A stretch of DNA of 64,000 bases from Caecitellus pseudoparvulus. Lineage: Eukaryota > Protista > Bigyra: Bicosoecida. Below the pieces are notes generated by a model that saw only the letters and a program-made list of their open reading frames with translations, did no database searches and was not told the origin of the DNA. The position numbers and the translations under genes were made by a program. How positions within the stretch are numbered: position 1 is the stretch's first letter; every line of letters starts with the position of its first letter. Below are positions 9,701 through 19,832 of this stretch, one piece after another. The stretch covers positions 62,001 to 126,000 of the forward strand of contig CBFFRQ010000049.1 of the NCBI GenBank assembly GCA_965644315.1. Reading direction: 5' to 3'.

Positions 9701-12105
9701 AGCTGCACAACCGCAGCGGGGTCACAGCCACGCATGCTCCCAGCCACCTCCAGGACGAGCTCCTCAGACCTTGTTACGGTCTTGAAGGCGCCCCCAGCAA
9801 TGGACAGCGACGGGAGATTCCCAGGGCTGGACACAATAGTTGCCTGAATGCCTTGCGCGGAAAGGGCGCTGCTTTGTGACAAGAAGTTCGTAGCGGACAC
9901 GTCCAACGTGACAGACGTGCCTGGTGCCAGCGTGCCTGCCGGGACAGCCACAGTGAAGTTATTTGATGCAGAGGCAGACGCAAGAATACTCTGCAACTCT
10001 TGGACCCCCGAGAAGGCTGACTGGGATGGCAACGTGTAGCTCTTAACTTCCCAGCTGAAGGCCAGCTCCCGGCCAGCCGCACCGCTGGTCTGAGACGCAT
10101 CCAGAACCAATTCATCACATGATCCCAGTAGCTGGGGGTAGTTAAGAGAGATAACAGGAGAAATGGGGGTTTCCGGGGCAGTTACGAAAGCAATGTCGTC
10201 CACAGGCCTGGAAAACGCCTCCGATCCTCGGATGCTGCCAGGCACGAAGCTCAAAGCCATGCCCACGGGCAAGACAGCACCGCTTCCAAACTTAATGTTG
10301 AGGGTTGAAGGCGTTGAAAAGAAGCACACGCCATTCTCCCCCACCAGAGCAGCCAGCATCACGGCTTGGCTTGCGCTGCCTGAGAAGGCGGCCAGCGCCT
10401 GCAGCGAGTCTGGCACTTCCTGCACAGACAGCACCTCTTGGCACTCGAACTGAACTCCAGGCTTTCCAGCAGAGTTTGTGCTGCGAGTGAAGTCGATGGT
10501 CACTCCTCCACCAGAAGCGGTAAATCGCGCACGCTCAACTCGGGGAGCTGGCGCGAATGGGGTTTGCGATGGAGTTGAGGAAGGACTCGAGGTTGGCTTT
10601 GGAGTCGAAGAGGATGATGCGTCAGGGATGTTTGTGGCGGCCGCAGTGACAGATGATGTGGCGGATGCACTGATGGTTGAGCTTGCAGATGGGCTTCGAG
10701 ACGGGCTTCGGCTCGGGGACACAGAGTTTGAGGGGCTCACAGCAGCTGTGGGAGTTGACGATGGGTCCACCCCAACAGTCGGTTTTGGAGTGCTAGGTGG
10801 TGATGCTGGAATAAGCGAAGACGAAGGTGATCCACTCGCCGATGCCGTTGCCGTGCCACTCGCCGATGCCGTTGCCGTGCCGCTGACTGATGGTGTGCCA
10901 CTCGCCGATGCCGTTGCCGTGCCGCTGACTGATGGTGTGCCGCTGACCGTTGGCGTTGCCGTGCCGCTGACTGATGGCGTGCCACTCGCCGATGCCGTTG
11001 CCGTGCCGCTGACTGATGGTGTGCCGCTGACCGTTGGCGTTGCCGTGCCACTGACCGATGGTGTGCCGCTGACCGTTGGCGTTGCCGTGCCGCTGACTGA
11101 TGGTGTGCCGCTGACCGTTGGCGTTGCCGTGCCACTGACTGATGGTGTGCCGCTGACCGTTGGCGTTGCCGTGCCACTGGCCGATGGTGTGCCGCTGACC
11201 GTTGGCGTTGCCGTGCCACTGGCCGATGGTGTGCCGCTGACCGTTGGCGTTGCCGTGCCACTGGCAGATGTCGTTGGCGTCGCACTAGGTTTGCTTGGAT
11301 ATCCGGGATATCCAGGATATCCTGGGCTATCCAGAGCCCTGCCTGCCTGCAGGTTGCTCACAGACAAATCCGCAATCTCCTGAGCAGGAGAGAGGCGCTG
11401 CAAAGGCAACGGAAGCACCGAAGGCTTCAGCACTGACTGGACAGGGTCAGCTTCTTCTGAAGCAAAGGGTAGGTCTTGATGCTTCATGTTGGCCTCGCTC
11501 AGGAGGAGCTGCAGGGCCTGCCGTGCAGTGACACCTGCCAGTGCGTGGCGAGACTTGATGAACCAGAGAGCGGGTGCCACGTGTACGTCTCCGAAGGATT
11601 TAGATTCGCTTAGCGTGTGTGAGGAAGATGACAATCTTCGTGATGTTGACTGTGGGGGGAAGCACTCCACAGTGCTTCTTTCTAGCTGACAGGCGTTTCG
11701 CAGCGGCTCACTTACCGTGAACACCGTCAGTGGCTTGGCAGATAGGCGGCGAAGCAGCGCAGAATTGACTGGAACTCCGTCTTGAACCAACACGATGTTC
11801 CCTTCAGGGAAGCTTTGCAGCGCGTCGGCGGCCTCAATAGCTGCGTGTACTTCCGGGTTCTCCGAGGCCACCAATGCACCACCAACCGAGTCAACGAACG
11901 CGTCCAGCTCAACCGCCTTTGCCAAGTCATTCGACGGCCGGTAGGCCACAAAGATCAAGCGGTCAGGATCTGGTTGAGAAACCAGCGAGTCTTGCAGGCC
12001 GCGTGTGGCAGCTGAGGCAGGGAGCACAACAGCATACGGAAACGCAGATGCAGCCCTGACCACAAAAACCGCCAGCAACGCCAGCGCTGCGCAGGTGGAC
12101 CGCAT
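6709..12105 (-). CDS. Type I membrane REJ-module / GAIN-GPS (polycystin-1/PKDREJ-like) surface protein with mucin-like stalk
   Basis: Signal peptide from ATG 12105 (MRSTCAALALLAVFVVRAASA), S/T/P repeats, REJ-type motifs (LVLDASQT, LSAALSKDP, FAWAC, ANAAPFGG, PLVYQF, VRVMDRLG), GPS-like C..W...C...CTC...FA, one TM (ALLGLVFLCIVALFIW) followed by RRHR. Single long ORF. Confidence 0.85.
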   Translation of the reverse strand: MRSTCAALALLAVFVVRAASAFPYAVVLPASAATRGLQDSLVSQPDPDRLIFVAYRPSNDLAKAVELDAFVDSVGGALVASENPEVHAAIEAADALQSFPEGNIVLVQDGVPVNSALLRRLSAKPLTVFTVSEPLRNACQLERSTVECFPPQSTSRRLSSSSHTLSESKSFGDVHVAPALWFIKSRHALAGVTARQALQLLLSEANMKHQDLPFASEEADPVQSVLKPSVLPLPLQRLSPAQEIADLSVSNLQAGRALDSPGYPGYPGYPSKPSATPTTSASGTATPTVSGTPSASGTATPTVSGTPSASGTATPTVSGTPSVSGTATPTVSGTPSVSGTATPTVSGTPSVSGTATPTVSGTPSVSGTATASASGTPSVSGTATPTVSGTPSVSGTATASASGTPSVSGTATASASGTATASASGSPSSSLIPASPPSTPKPTVGVDPSSTPTAAVSPSNSVSPSRSPSRSPSASSTISASATSSVTAAATNIPDASSSSTPKPTSSPSSTPSQTPFAPAPRVERARFTASGGGVTIDFTRSTNSAGKPGVQFECQEVLSVQEVPDSLQALAAFSGSASQAVMLAALVGENGVCFFSTPSTLNIKFGSGAVLPVGMALSFVPGSIRGSEAFSRPVDDIAFVTAPETPISPVISLNYPQLLGSCDELVLDASQTSGAAGRELAFSWEVKSYTLPSQSAFSGVQELQSILASASASNNFTVAVPAGTLAPGTSVTLDVSATNFLSQSSALSAQGIQATIVSSPGNLPSLSIAGGAFKTVTRSEELVLEVAGSMRGCDPAAVVQLDYSIEAVSGPSDVSTFIQRQRSNKIALPPGVMLVGQGPYVFSASASVVGDAAAVKTANITVNVQRQNVEPIIVGGDRTIGLQVGALELSAALSKDPNNDDLGQGLKQSVVQTFAWACTVADSGDSCTSALLGSADSATVSIPVSLLTPFARKDLVFSVVFTSDGISASTKTTVQVAEGALPDLSVPPPPNAEATLSDAGIVFKVDPSKSLRLLSQSSDAGLSYSWQEADGKVSGAAFSTPASQAAVALRPRSLVPGVTYTFRVSAHHPSNPALVASAVLRVLANAAPFGGTVQASPASGTAVSDRTTVTAPSWEDDAGDGPLVYQFFIDVAGADPTPDQLAGAAFGTPVSSVSETNQASFTFPASTSANNLVTVLVRVMDRLGSSSAAFTKLTSRPALSTGSSAAAVVSFVNSASSVAAQAVAAGEAPQALAVLSSLGGLLNANSAQAGSDAGSDTQASRSSRQAARQALLGSASSVLSGGQLDDSAQGALVDSMNALTAAPQEVSDVMVQTSVSMLRTLTGTSASRARALQSTTAGLNQGLSGKAKVLVNLLNAQDELAAREGGSTARALRAQASMPARVARALSAACGRDGSSTKLARDVQDVMASLHSQALAGSLAGEEPVMVAAGDFASCDAGHTLAMLSANVACSGATGEIDLIGASPQGVDIAQQLGCSSAGHLSGVTAASVLPRVQSRAFTQACAGDALGIQVLYMKKPGFCALVPALPVVLGGVNSSVSDAAPSFVTPAVEVALSAGPSHALLSSSLAHNLTIPISHDAGLGSRQYMDVDFLSNRDAVDTFNVTCPTHSNSSSTNVSVCSGRQEVPCPPSHAGGRWTGQCEVSAFTAQCLEAVPATGLWTSDTCSVASISSSTVTCTCSRQGQFAASFKTVDTPATAVFTPGRGDEGTSEDGDKGAEEEKGASLGSGAALLGLVFLCIVALFIWRRHRARSNIQRLEQANNSDADGLHSIVATGPAEVRNGESFAGANPMGPRPRTTV
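10833..11265 (-). repeat. Coding minisatellite, 42-bp unit (TPTVSGTPSVSGTA), 9 full copies plus partial units
   Basis: Near-identical units read directly from the sequence, with two variants (TPTV / TASA). Confidence 0.95.
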
Positions 12106-12300
12106 GGTAGACGAAGATAGCTTGTGCCACAAAATGAGCACTTGTGACACTTTGGCAGCTCTCGGAACACCGATGTAGGTGCACCACGTAAGAATTGAGC
12201 TGGCACGCACACAGTGAAGGGGAAAGCGAGCTCCCGGTCCGCCAGCCTTGGCGACATGACGCTTCTCAAGAGCACTGTCAAATCCCGGGCAAATGCAAGC

Positions 12301-13017
12301 TCATTCCAAACTGCAATGAAGACCTTTCTCGTGAAGCCCAAAGCGTTTCGGGGCGCAGATGGAGCAATGCCACTGGCCAACTGGCACGACCGCCATTGGC
12401 GGGTTGAGGCATGCTTTGTGGAACTCTTTGTGGCAATCGTCGCACAGAATGACGTCCTCTTCGCGTTCGCTGGACAGGCATATGGAGCAGGTGGTTTCTC
12501 CAAGAGCATCAGTCCCATCCTCGGCAACAGCAACAGACGCTAAGTCTGAGGCAGGGTGTAAGAGCCCCGCAGCACTGATCGCCTGCCGAGGCTGGGACCA
12601 GTGAGCAAGCGTCGAATCTGCCGCAGAAGCCCACGCGTCGGCACATTGCCCAGTGTCCCCAGCTCCGTGTCGGGTATGCCCGGCGGCGGATGCAATGCGG
12701 GCACGTGCTCTGCGATGGCTCGCTGTCGTGGGCTTGGACGCGCTGTAGTGCGAGAGCCGCGCGCAGGAAGGCATGCCCAAATATTGCGAGGGAGCTGACA
12801 GGTCGGTGCGCTTGGAGTCCCACGCAGCCATGACAGCGACAGCGTGAGGGTGTGCTGCAGCAACCAGCTCACAGAAGCAAGCCTGCACATCCTCGGCACT
12901 ACGAAGAGGAGTGCCGAGTGCCTCGGAGCACAGCTCTGCGGCCGAATCCCAGTCTGGGCCTGTAAAGGGCAGAATGGTCCCCAGCAGGGCCCGTTGCTCC
13001 GCCGCACTCAAGCACAT
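12301..13017 (-). CDS. PHD-finger protein
   Basis: C-terminal C4HC3: CSIC..VILCDDCHKEFHKACLNPP...GQWHCSIC. Start codon uncertain (ATG 13017 chosen). Confidence 0.8.
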   Translation of the reverse strand: MCLSAAEQRALLGTILPFTGPDWDSAAELCSEALGTPLRSAEDVQACFCELVAAAHPHAVAVMAAWDSKRTDLSAPSQYLGMPSCARLSHYSASKPTTASHRRARARIASAAGHTRHGAGDTGQCADAWASAADSTLAHWSQPRQAISAAGLLHPASDLASVAVAEDGTDALGETTCSICLSSEREEDVILCDDCHKEFHKACLNPPMAVVPVGQWHCSICAPKRFGLHEKGLHCSLE

Positions 13018-13236
13018 GGCTTGCCCGATAATTTCTGTGCGTGGGGCACAGCAATTTCCGCAGCCAGTCGTCGCAACTGCCTGGCTCCACAAAATCCCTT
13101 GGCGCAGCGACTCACACCATGCGCGTCAGGTGACGTACTTGGTAAAAGCATTTCATGCCAGGCTTTACCAGGGCACGTTTGTTGTGCAATTTAGGGCCGG
13201 CAAGAGCTCTGAAACTGTGGAGAAAGACGGCCCACC

Positions 13237-14205
13237 ATGGCCAGTGAAGCAGAGCAAGCAGAGACACGCCAGCTGCCCACTGTGGACCTCTACGGGGATG
13301 ACGTGTACGACATTCATAGCATTCCCAACGCAGCAGGCGAACATCTTCAAAGCTGGCTTCGTGCCATTCGCTCGACCGCCTCGCGTGGGATCTGGCTGAA
13401 TCTAACCAGCGCAACGCCAGAGGACAAGGCGCGCGTGCTCAGCTCTGCGCTGCATGCCGGGTACACCATGCACCGATGCAGTGGGAGTCAGCAGCTCCTG
13501 CTTCGTGGCTGGTCCGAGGCGAGGGATGACGCAGACCCCTGCCCAGTTGGAGCCTTCACCATCCACGTGGTCAACTGCGTGGTCGTGCGCGAAGATGCTG
13601 CCATGCTCATGGTGAAGCAGTCGTACGATGCCAGCGGGCAGTTCCTGCTGCCTGGAGGCTTTGTGGACCCTGGTGAAACCCTCGCCCAGGCCAGCCGCCG
13701 CGAGACGCAGGAGGAAACTGGCGTGGAGGCCAGCATGGTGGCACTGATCAACACGCGGGGCATAGCTCAGCTGCAAGGCGGAGACCGCTTCGGGACGGCG
13801 GCAATAGCCAACAGCGTCTTGCTGCGCCCTGATGATGCGAGTGCCGCGGCTAAAGAGGAAACAGGGGAGACAACGGCTGCCGCAGAGATCAGCGAGTCCC
13901 GGTGGGTTCCGGTCTCACAGTGGCAAGATCCAGCCTGGGTCTCTGTTCACGTGCATAGACGCTTATGGCCGGTGCTGGTTCAAGTGGCATCTATTCCGGG
14001 TGCCAAAGCTGGAAGTCAGCACTCCCTGTCTTCCTTGCTACCAAGCACTGATGCCGAGCAGGGCTCTGCCGAAGGCAACCCTTGCAAGGCGCTGACCTCT
14101 CAGCAAGGCGGACTCAGCCTCCCTTTGAAGTGGGAAACCCCGAATCGAGACATTGTCGTGTACGTTCCAGGTGTTCTGGAGGGGGAATCAGCTGTGTGGT
14201 GGTGA
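13237..14205 (+). CDS. Nudix hydrolase, NUDT6-like
   Basis: Nudix box GGFVDPGETLAQASRRETQEETGV; NUDT6-type N-terminal domain (DLYG, RGIWL, GYTMH). Confidence 0.85.
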   Translation: MASEAEQAETRQLPTVDLYGDDVYDIHSIPNAAGEHLQSWLRAIRSTASRGIWLNLTSATPEDKARVLSSALHAGYTMHRCSGSQQLLLRGWSEARDDADPCPVGAFTIHVVNCVVVREDAAMLMVKQSYDASGQFLLPGGFVDPGETLAQASRRETQEETGVEASMVALINTRGIAQLQGGDRFGTAAIANSVLLRPDDASAAAKEETGETTAAAEISESRWVPVSQWQDPAWVSVHVHRRLWPVLVQVASIPGAKAGSQHSLSSLLPSTDAEQGSAEGNPCKALTSQQGGLSLPLKWETPNRDIVVYVPGVLEGESAVWW

Positions 14206-14437
14206 ACTGGCACCGCCTCGAGTTGCTGAGAGCCAACACGCCTGGAGAATGCGGGCACCCTGCGCCTTGAGGTGTGCAACTCACCCGCAACATGTTCAAT
14301 TCACGCAAAACACAGAAACTAGTAGCGTTGTGCCTTCTCTCAGGCGAGTGGGCGAGCTCGCGTTCTTCCCGCACTTCTAGACCTGCGGCAAGGTGCAGCG
14401 CTTTGAGCGGAAATTGACCAACCACACATTGCCTTGC

Positions 14438-16730
14438 ATGGAAGATGACGTGGGCACTGCAGTTGTAGTCGGGGCGCTGTCACCACTTGGAAGGACACTG
14501 GTGCATTTGCTTTGCTCCAGAGGCTGGAGGGTCATTGCAGCAGACTCGCAGCAGCCGAAGCAGGCGTGGCCACATGGCGTGGCGAGCCACATCGTCGACA
14601 GTGAGCTTCCAGTGCTTCGCAGAGTGGAGCCAGCACGAATTCGCACTTGCTCTCCGATGCCGTTCCGCAGTTACCAATGTCACTAGTGTTCAGGCGCTTT
14701 TCTTTGCCTGGTCTGACCCTGCCAGCCGAGGGTTCGTGGACATGTCGCCGCCTTCCACTGTCTTCGTCGTGCGCCACCCACACCTGGGCCATGATGCCCT
14801 CTCTGTCGGGCTGCGTCCGCAAGATCTCCTGGAGCTGAGGGCCACCAATGCTGGCGCAGTGCACTTGCTCGCCACCACCGCCAGATCGTTCGGCATTTCC
14901 CAGTTCGTGCACGCCTCGTCGTCCCTCGTATACCAGCGCTCGGACGATGCTGGTCGGGAGGTTTCCGAAGTGCATGGCCTGGTCAGGAACGACTCGGCCG
15001 CCCATCCACTTGCAATGTCTTTTTCCAGGGCAGACGCGGCTTTGGGGGAGTACATCGGCCGCGTTGGCCTCGGGGTGGTCCGGGAGGCTGCCATACCGCC
15101 CATGCGCATTCACAGGCTGCGCCTCGGCACGCTATGGGGGTGGTCCTCCTCCGGACCGGGCTTCCTTCCTGCGCTGGAGAGGGAAGTCCTGGAAGGACAC
15201 TGGGACTTTGCCCTGGCGCCGTCGGCCCGCCAGTCCCTGTGCCACATTGACAACGCGGCGGCAGCAATGGTTGCAGCGGCGCACTGGGGCGCTGGCACCC
15301 TGGACGCCGCACCCGCCCTGTGGCCGACACATTTCCCGCACTACGCAGGCAAAGGCTTGCAAGTGGGGCACATCGAGAGATTTGGGCAGCGCCAAGAGAA
15401 TAGCTTGGTTATTAACGTGGCAGATGGCATGCCGCTGAACCCTGGCATTGTTGCAGGCAGCCTGAGCCTGCTGGGCTTTGATACAGCTTGGCAAGTTGAG
15501 CTGTGGATCGCCGTGGACTGCCAAGATGCCAAGACGGGTGCTGCACTGCAGGCAGCCATGAGGAATGGCTCGATTGAGGCTCGGGAGCGCACCCTGCGCG
15601 CTGACGGCTCGTTGAGGGAGGATGGGGATGAGGAGTCCACCACCACCCAGCAAGCTGAAGCCTGGCCTGTCTCTAGCTGCCTTGCAGATGTAGAGGTGTG
15701 CCGGGTGTTGCACCCCCTGAAGCTTCTCCTGACATGGCACTGCGTGATGCAGGGCACTGCCCGCACCACGTGGAAGCCGCTGGAGGTCAGCGCCCCTCTT
15801 CCCCCCTTGCCGCCCAATCTTGCCCACCGCATGCACATGCGTGCCAAAGTGCGCCCAGGTGCCTGGGAGGTCCCCTCGCGAGCAGCAACGCTCTGGGCAG
15901 ACGCCACGAAGTACGCCTTGGCCTGGCCCGCGGCGTTCTTCGGTGTGTCGATGGAGGTGCCCAGGTCCATGCAGGACACCAAACTGGACACTTCGAGCTG
16001 CGTGCTGTCTCTGCAGCGTGCCGGCACTGAGCTGGGGTACACGCCCGCGGTGCCGCCAGCTGCCACTTTGCTCGACTGGGTGGCCAACGCACAGAGTCGG
16101 GGCGTGCATGGCGGCGCGTTTGATGTGTCCTCCCTGACCTGGTTGCTCATGGCTTGCCTGTACATTGCCCTGACCTGTGTGGCGTTCAATGTCGGCGGTG
16201 TACTGAACCAGTGGTGTGCAGTGGAGGACATGTGGCTGTGCCAGCGCGTGGCAGCCTATGCCTGGGGCATGACGCTACTCATGCATGAGCGCCAAGCTGC
16301 CTATGTGCATGAACGGGCGCTGGCGTGGGGCTGCAATGCCCGGGCGTGGTGGCTGCGCACTCTGGTGTTTGGCTACCCCACACCGCTGTGGCTGCACGCT
16401 GACGCAGGGAAGGCGCACGCTGAAGCGGGTGCCCTGCTGGCCGCGTTCAAGACTGGGACTCTCCTGGAGGATGCAGCAGCTGGACAGGACGTGCCACCGC
16501 TGGAAGCAGACGAACTGAATCCGCCCGGCTCGCTTGCGTACATCAACCTTGTGCGGTGCAGCGTGGTGCACATGGTGCACATGGTGCTCACAGACCTTGC
16601 TGGGGTTGCCTTTATGTCAGCATGGGCCTCACTTGCCCCGTCTAGCCACTTTGCAACCTTGGCTGTCCGAGCTGTTGCCTTTGCAGTGCTGGAGCTGGCT
16701 GTTTTTGGGCCCAGCGTGTTGTTTTGGTGA
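14438..16730 (+). CDS. Degenerate extended SDR (3-beta-HSD/SDR42E-like) with C-terminal TM region resembling TMEM254/DUF4499; spliced
   Basis: Removing intron 14601-14670 gives VVVGALSPLG..HIVDITNVTSV. Further motifs FVHASSSLVY, LRLGTLWG, CHIDNAAAA and ELGYTP, then hydrophobic helices and H..AAY..A..G..WW.RTL.FG. Confidence 0.7.
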
Positions 16731-16922
16731 CCTTGGCCCGGCATGTGACGCAGCGCTCTCCCGCTGCAGTCTGTACAATCAAACTCACCAAGACACATCG
16801 GTATTATCCCCCTGCTATAAGCGCGGAGCTTGCCTTGCAGCCTTGTGCCACACACACGCACACACACACGCTGGGTAACAGCGGATCCAGCGCCACTGGC
16901 TGCCGCGGCACCAGCAGCATTC

Positions 16923-17281
16923 ATGGCAGACGACACTTCAGCAGACGCCGAGCTGGCCCGGCGCCTTCAAGCCCAAGAGATGTCCCAGCCACGCGGCCAC
17001 CCCATGCCACGCCGACGAGGTGAGTTGCGGCACCACAGAGAGTGCGCGCCCAGCGTTTCGCGAGACGCTCCACCACGCCTTTGGCTTCAGGAGGAGAGTT
17101 TGACGATGATGAAGACTACTCGGGCGCGGGCCCGCGGATGCAGCGCCTGGTGGATGGGAACTTTTACAATGGTGTGTGCTGGCATGCTTGGGGCGCTGCA
17201 GCTGTGCTGTATGCTTGGCACTGCCTTGCTTTGCTCCGCTGCGCAGGCTTTGGCGACCTCTGCAACGTCGAGGAGTGGTGA
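16923..17281 (+). CDS. Small (95 aa) protein with N-terminal DAELARRLQAQE ubiquitin-binding-like helix; spliced
   Basis: Intron 17020-17090 (GTGAGT...TTCAG) joins in frame to GEFDDDEDY.. and a hydrophobic, Cys-containing C-terminus. Confidence 0.6.
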
Positions 17282-17315
17282 CAGCGCCTTTGAACACCGC
17301 AATGCATTGAACGAT

Positions 17316-19832
17316 TTACGCTGAAGTTAGGGACCCACGCTTGTTTGACGGGTCAAAGCTGCGGTGCAGGGGGCTACCAGGCCGCTCCACTGGCACCGCG
17401 TCAAGATCGTCATCATCCACTGTCCCAACACTATCCTCCCGAGTGCGAGCCGGGCCAGGCCCGCCCGCCGCACCCGCCTCGCCGCCTGCCACATCACTAG
17501 GGCTCAAAGCAGGGGCAGATTGCACCCTGTGCAGCCCTGGCTCCGCTCCTGCGAGAAGCAGGGGCGGGGGCAGCCCCACCTTCTCCTGCCCTGCCGCTCT
17601 CGCCCCCGACACACCCGAAGTCTCTCGCGCGGCGCTCGGTGCGTCCTCCGACGCTGCGCCTGAGGAGTTCGCCGAGCGTGTGCTGCCATGTGCCGCTGTG
17701 GGGCGCTGAGGTGGCATGTCCAGAGACGCCGACCTGCGGCGCACCCTGCCATCGTCCTGTCTCGCCTCGCCAGCACCTGCCCTGCCTGAGGCAGCAGCTA
17801 CCGCGAGCACGCTCAGCGGGTTTGACGCCACAGCCACGCTGGGCCCTGTGCCGCTGCCGCTGCCACGCCGCGGCATGCGCACAACGGAGCCGCGGCGCTG
17901 GAGAACAGACTTGGGCAAGGCGCCAAGGGAGGAGCGGCGACCGTGGACCCGCAGCGGGTTCTCACGCACGAAGCCCCCCTCACGCAGCTGGCCAGCGCTG
18001 CCTTGTGGCGCAGAGGGTGCCGCGGCCTTGGGCGGACTGCCCCCCAAGAACAGCGAGTACAGGACGCTGCTGCGGCCGGAGGGTGCAGTGGAGCTGCTGC
18101 CTTCAGCTTGCGAGAGGGGCGGCATGCTCACTCGCCTCCTGGGTGAGGGTGGGCCGCCGCCCGGCGTGGGGCTGTGCACAGTCGTGCTGGCCACAGAGGA
18201 GCCCAGCCCGTCCCACGAGTCCACCTCCTGGGGGGTCTGTGCCAGCCGTGTGCTGGCCTTACCCTGCAGCGCTTGGAAGTGGGAGCCCCCACCCGAGCCT
18301 TGCTTGCGCAGGGTGTGCCCCAGCGCCCGAGCATTCCGGGGAGATGGTGGCGTGATCACTGGGGATACCCGGGGCTCAGGGTCCCCCTCCCCCCCCGCCG
18401 TGCCCAGCGCCAGGCCTGGAGGGCTGTGGCCTGGTGCCTGGGGCTGGCTCGCCTGCTTGCCAGGTGAGGCCTTGGCCTCTGACGCTGGGCTGGATCCAGG
18501 GGACATGCCCTCCAAGTCCACGTCTGGGAGGCGGGGGTGGGAGGAGGAGTTGGGCCTGTCAGAGCGGCCCCGGGGTGGTAGCGGCACCAGCTCCACATCC
18601 CCCCCCTCCGCCGCCCGGCCGGGCGCCTGCTTGTGCAGCCCAGCGATGGGGTTGGGCACCACAGCCGTGCCCTTCTTGTCCATGGCAAGCTTAGAGCAGT
18701 TCGAGGCCGGAACGAGGGAGGCTGTGCGTGCACGGTCCTTGCGCGAGACGGAGGAGACGCCGCCTGCCTCGGCCAGCGCCGCAGCACGAGCGGCGGCTGC
18801 GATGATCTCCGGCACACTGAGCGGCTTGCGCTTGACCGACAGCGAGCGCTGCGAAGCTGAGGAGGAGGAGAGCCAGTCCTCGCTGGTGGAGGGGCGCTTG
18901 CTGGAGCGGCGGGGCCGTTTCACTTGCATCTCCGCCTCCTTCGTGAGCAGTGCGCCAGCCGACACCGTGCGGATTCCGGCCGAGTCCCCGTCTATGGCGC
19001 TGACGCCGCGCTGCCCAACACATGCGAAGATGAGGCGGTCAACGGGGCCCCCCGTGGCAAAGCAACACAGTGCCTCCTGCTGTGCAACCACCAGCCCAGC
19101 AGGCGTGAAGCACAAGCAAGCAGTCAAGCCGAGCACGATGCCTGCCACAGCATTCACGCCGAGCATGGTAAACGCCGTCTCGGCGCAGCCTGAATCTGGG
19201 CAGCGCTCGGGGCCAGTGGGGCGTGGGGGGGGTGGGGACTTTTCCCGGTTTGTACCCCCCTCTGTCTGAAGGGCTGGAGAATCCCCGACGGCTCGAGGGT
19301 GCGATGGGCTCGTGTTTGCGGCAGCTTGGTGGCGTTTCACACCTCGCACTCGCAACGAGCGGCCCTCGGACCTGCGAGAGAGGAAGGCGCAGATTTGAAA
19401 GCCCGAACATGTACAAGGCACATTTCTGAAGGACCTCGTCAGTGCTGGGCGTTCCCGGGGCAGCGCGCACTTGCAAACATACCTCGCACGGGTTGCGCCA
19501 GCACCGAGACTTTCACCTTGCGCCAATACGCCGCCAGCTGCTGCCTTGCCAGCCACGGGCAAGAAACTGAGGCTTGCATGCTGTGCCCAGAATGTTTGCA
19601 ATGCTGAGGTCCAACCCCTCCCGCCAAGTGCCTCAACGGTGCCCGGCACGTCGGCCAGAGGAGAGCCGGGGCGCTTCTGCAGGCTGGCGAGCACACCACA
19701 TAGGGCGAGGGCCAGGGCCGCGCAAGCGGCCCACAGGCAAGCTCTCCCCATGCACTCAGGAGTCTCTCCTGCCCACTGCGTCCAATGAAAGCAAGCCGGA
19801 GCGTCAAGCAAAGGAAGCACACCCGCAGCCAA
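17316..19832 (-). CDS. Hypothetical membrane protein with long disordered S/P/R-rich C-terminal region (5' structure uncertain, probably intron-containing)
   Basis: 838-codon ORF with hydrophobic segments near the N-terminus and at FTMLGVNAVAGIVLGLTACLCF. No family recognised. Confidence 0.5.
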   Translation of the reverse strand: MAAGVLPLLDAPACFHWTQWAGETPECMGRACLWAACAALALALCGVLASLQKRPGSPLADVPGTVEALGGRGWTSALQTFWAQHASLSFLPVAGKAAAGGVLAQGESLGAGATRARYVCKCALPRERPALTRSFRNVPCTCSGFQICAFLSRRSEGRSLRVRGVKRHQAAANTSPSHPRAVGDSPALQTEGGTNREKSPPPPRPTGPERCPDSGCAETAFTMLGVNAVAGIVLGLTACLCFTPAGLVVAQQEALCCFATGGPVDRLIFACVGQRGVSAIDGDSAGIRTVSAGALLTKEAEMQVKRPRRSSKRPSTSEDWLSSSSASQRSLSVKRKPLSVPEIIAAAARAAALAEAGGVSSVSRKDRARTASLVPASNCSKLAMDKKGTAVVPNPIAGLHKQAPGRAAEGGDVELVPLPPRGRSDRPNSSSHPRLPDVDLEGMSPGSSPASEAKASPGKQASQPQAPGHSPPGLALGTAGGEGDPEPRVSPVITPPSPRNARALGHTLRKQGSGGGSHFQALQGKASTRLAQTPQEVDSWDGLGSSVASTTVHSPTPGGGPPSPRRRVSMPPLSQAEGSSSTAPSGRSSVLYSLFLGGSPPKAAAPSAPQGSAGQLREGGFVRENPLRVHGRRSSLGALPKSVLQRRGSVVRMPRRGSGSGTGPSVAVASNPLSVLAVAAASGRAGAGEARQDDGRVRRRSASLDMPPQRPTAAHGSTRSANSSGAASEDAPSAARETSGVSGARAAGQEKVGLPPPLLLAGAEPGLHRVQSAPALSPSDVAGGEAGAAGGPGPARTREDSVGTVDDDDLDAVPVERPGSPLHRSFDPSNKRGSLTSA

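Noticed and set aside
10833-11265. Regular repeats as a CRISPR array
   Set aside because: Contiguous coding tandem units with no unique spacers or cas genes, in a eukaryotic context.
11296-11325. GYPGYPGYP encoded on both strands
   Set aside because: Consequence of the palindromic GGATATCC unit; the antisense ORF is a repeat shadow.
16848-16870. Short imperfect (CA)n tract
   Set aside because: Too short and ordinary to be meaningful.
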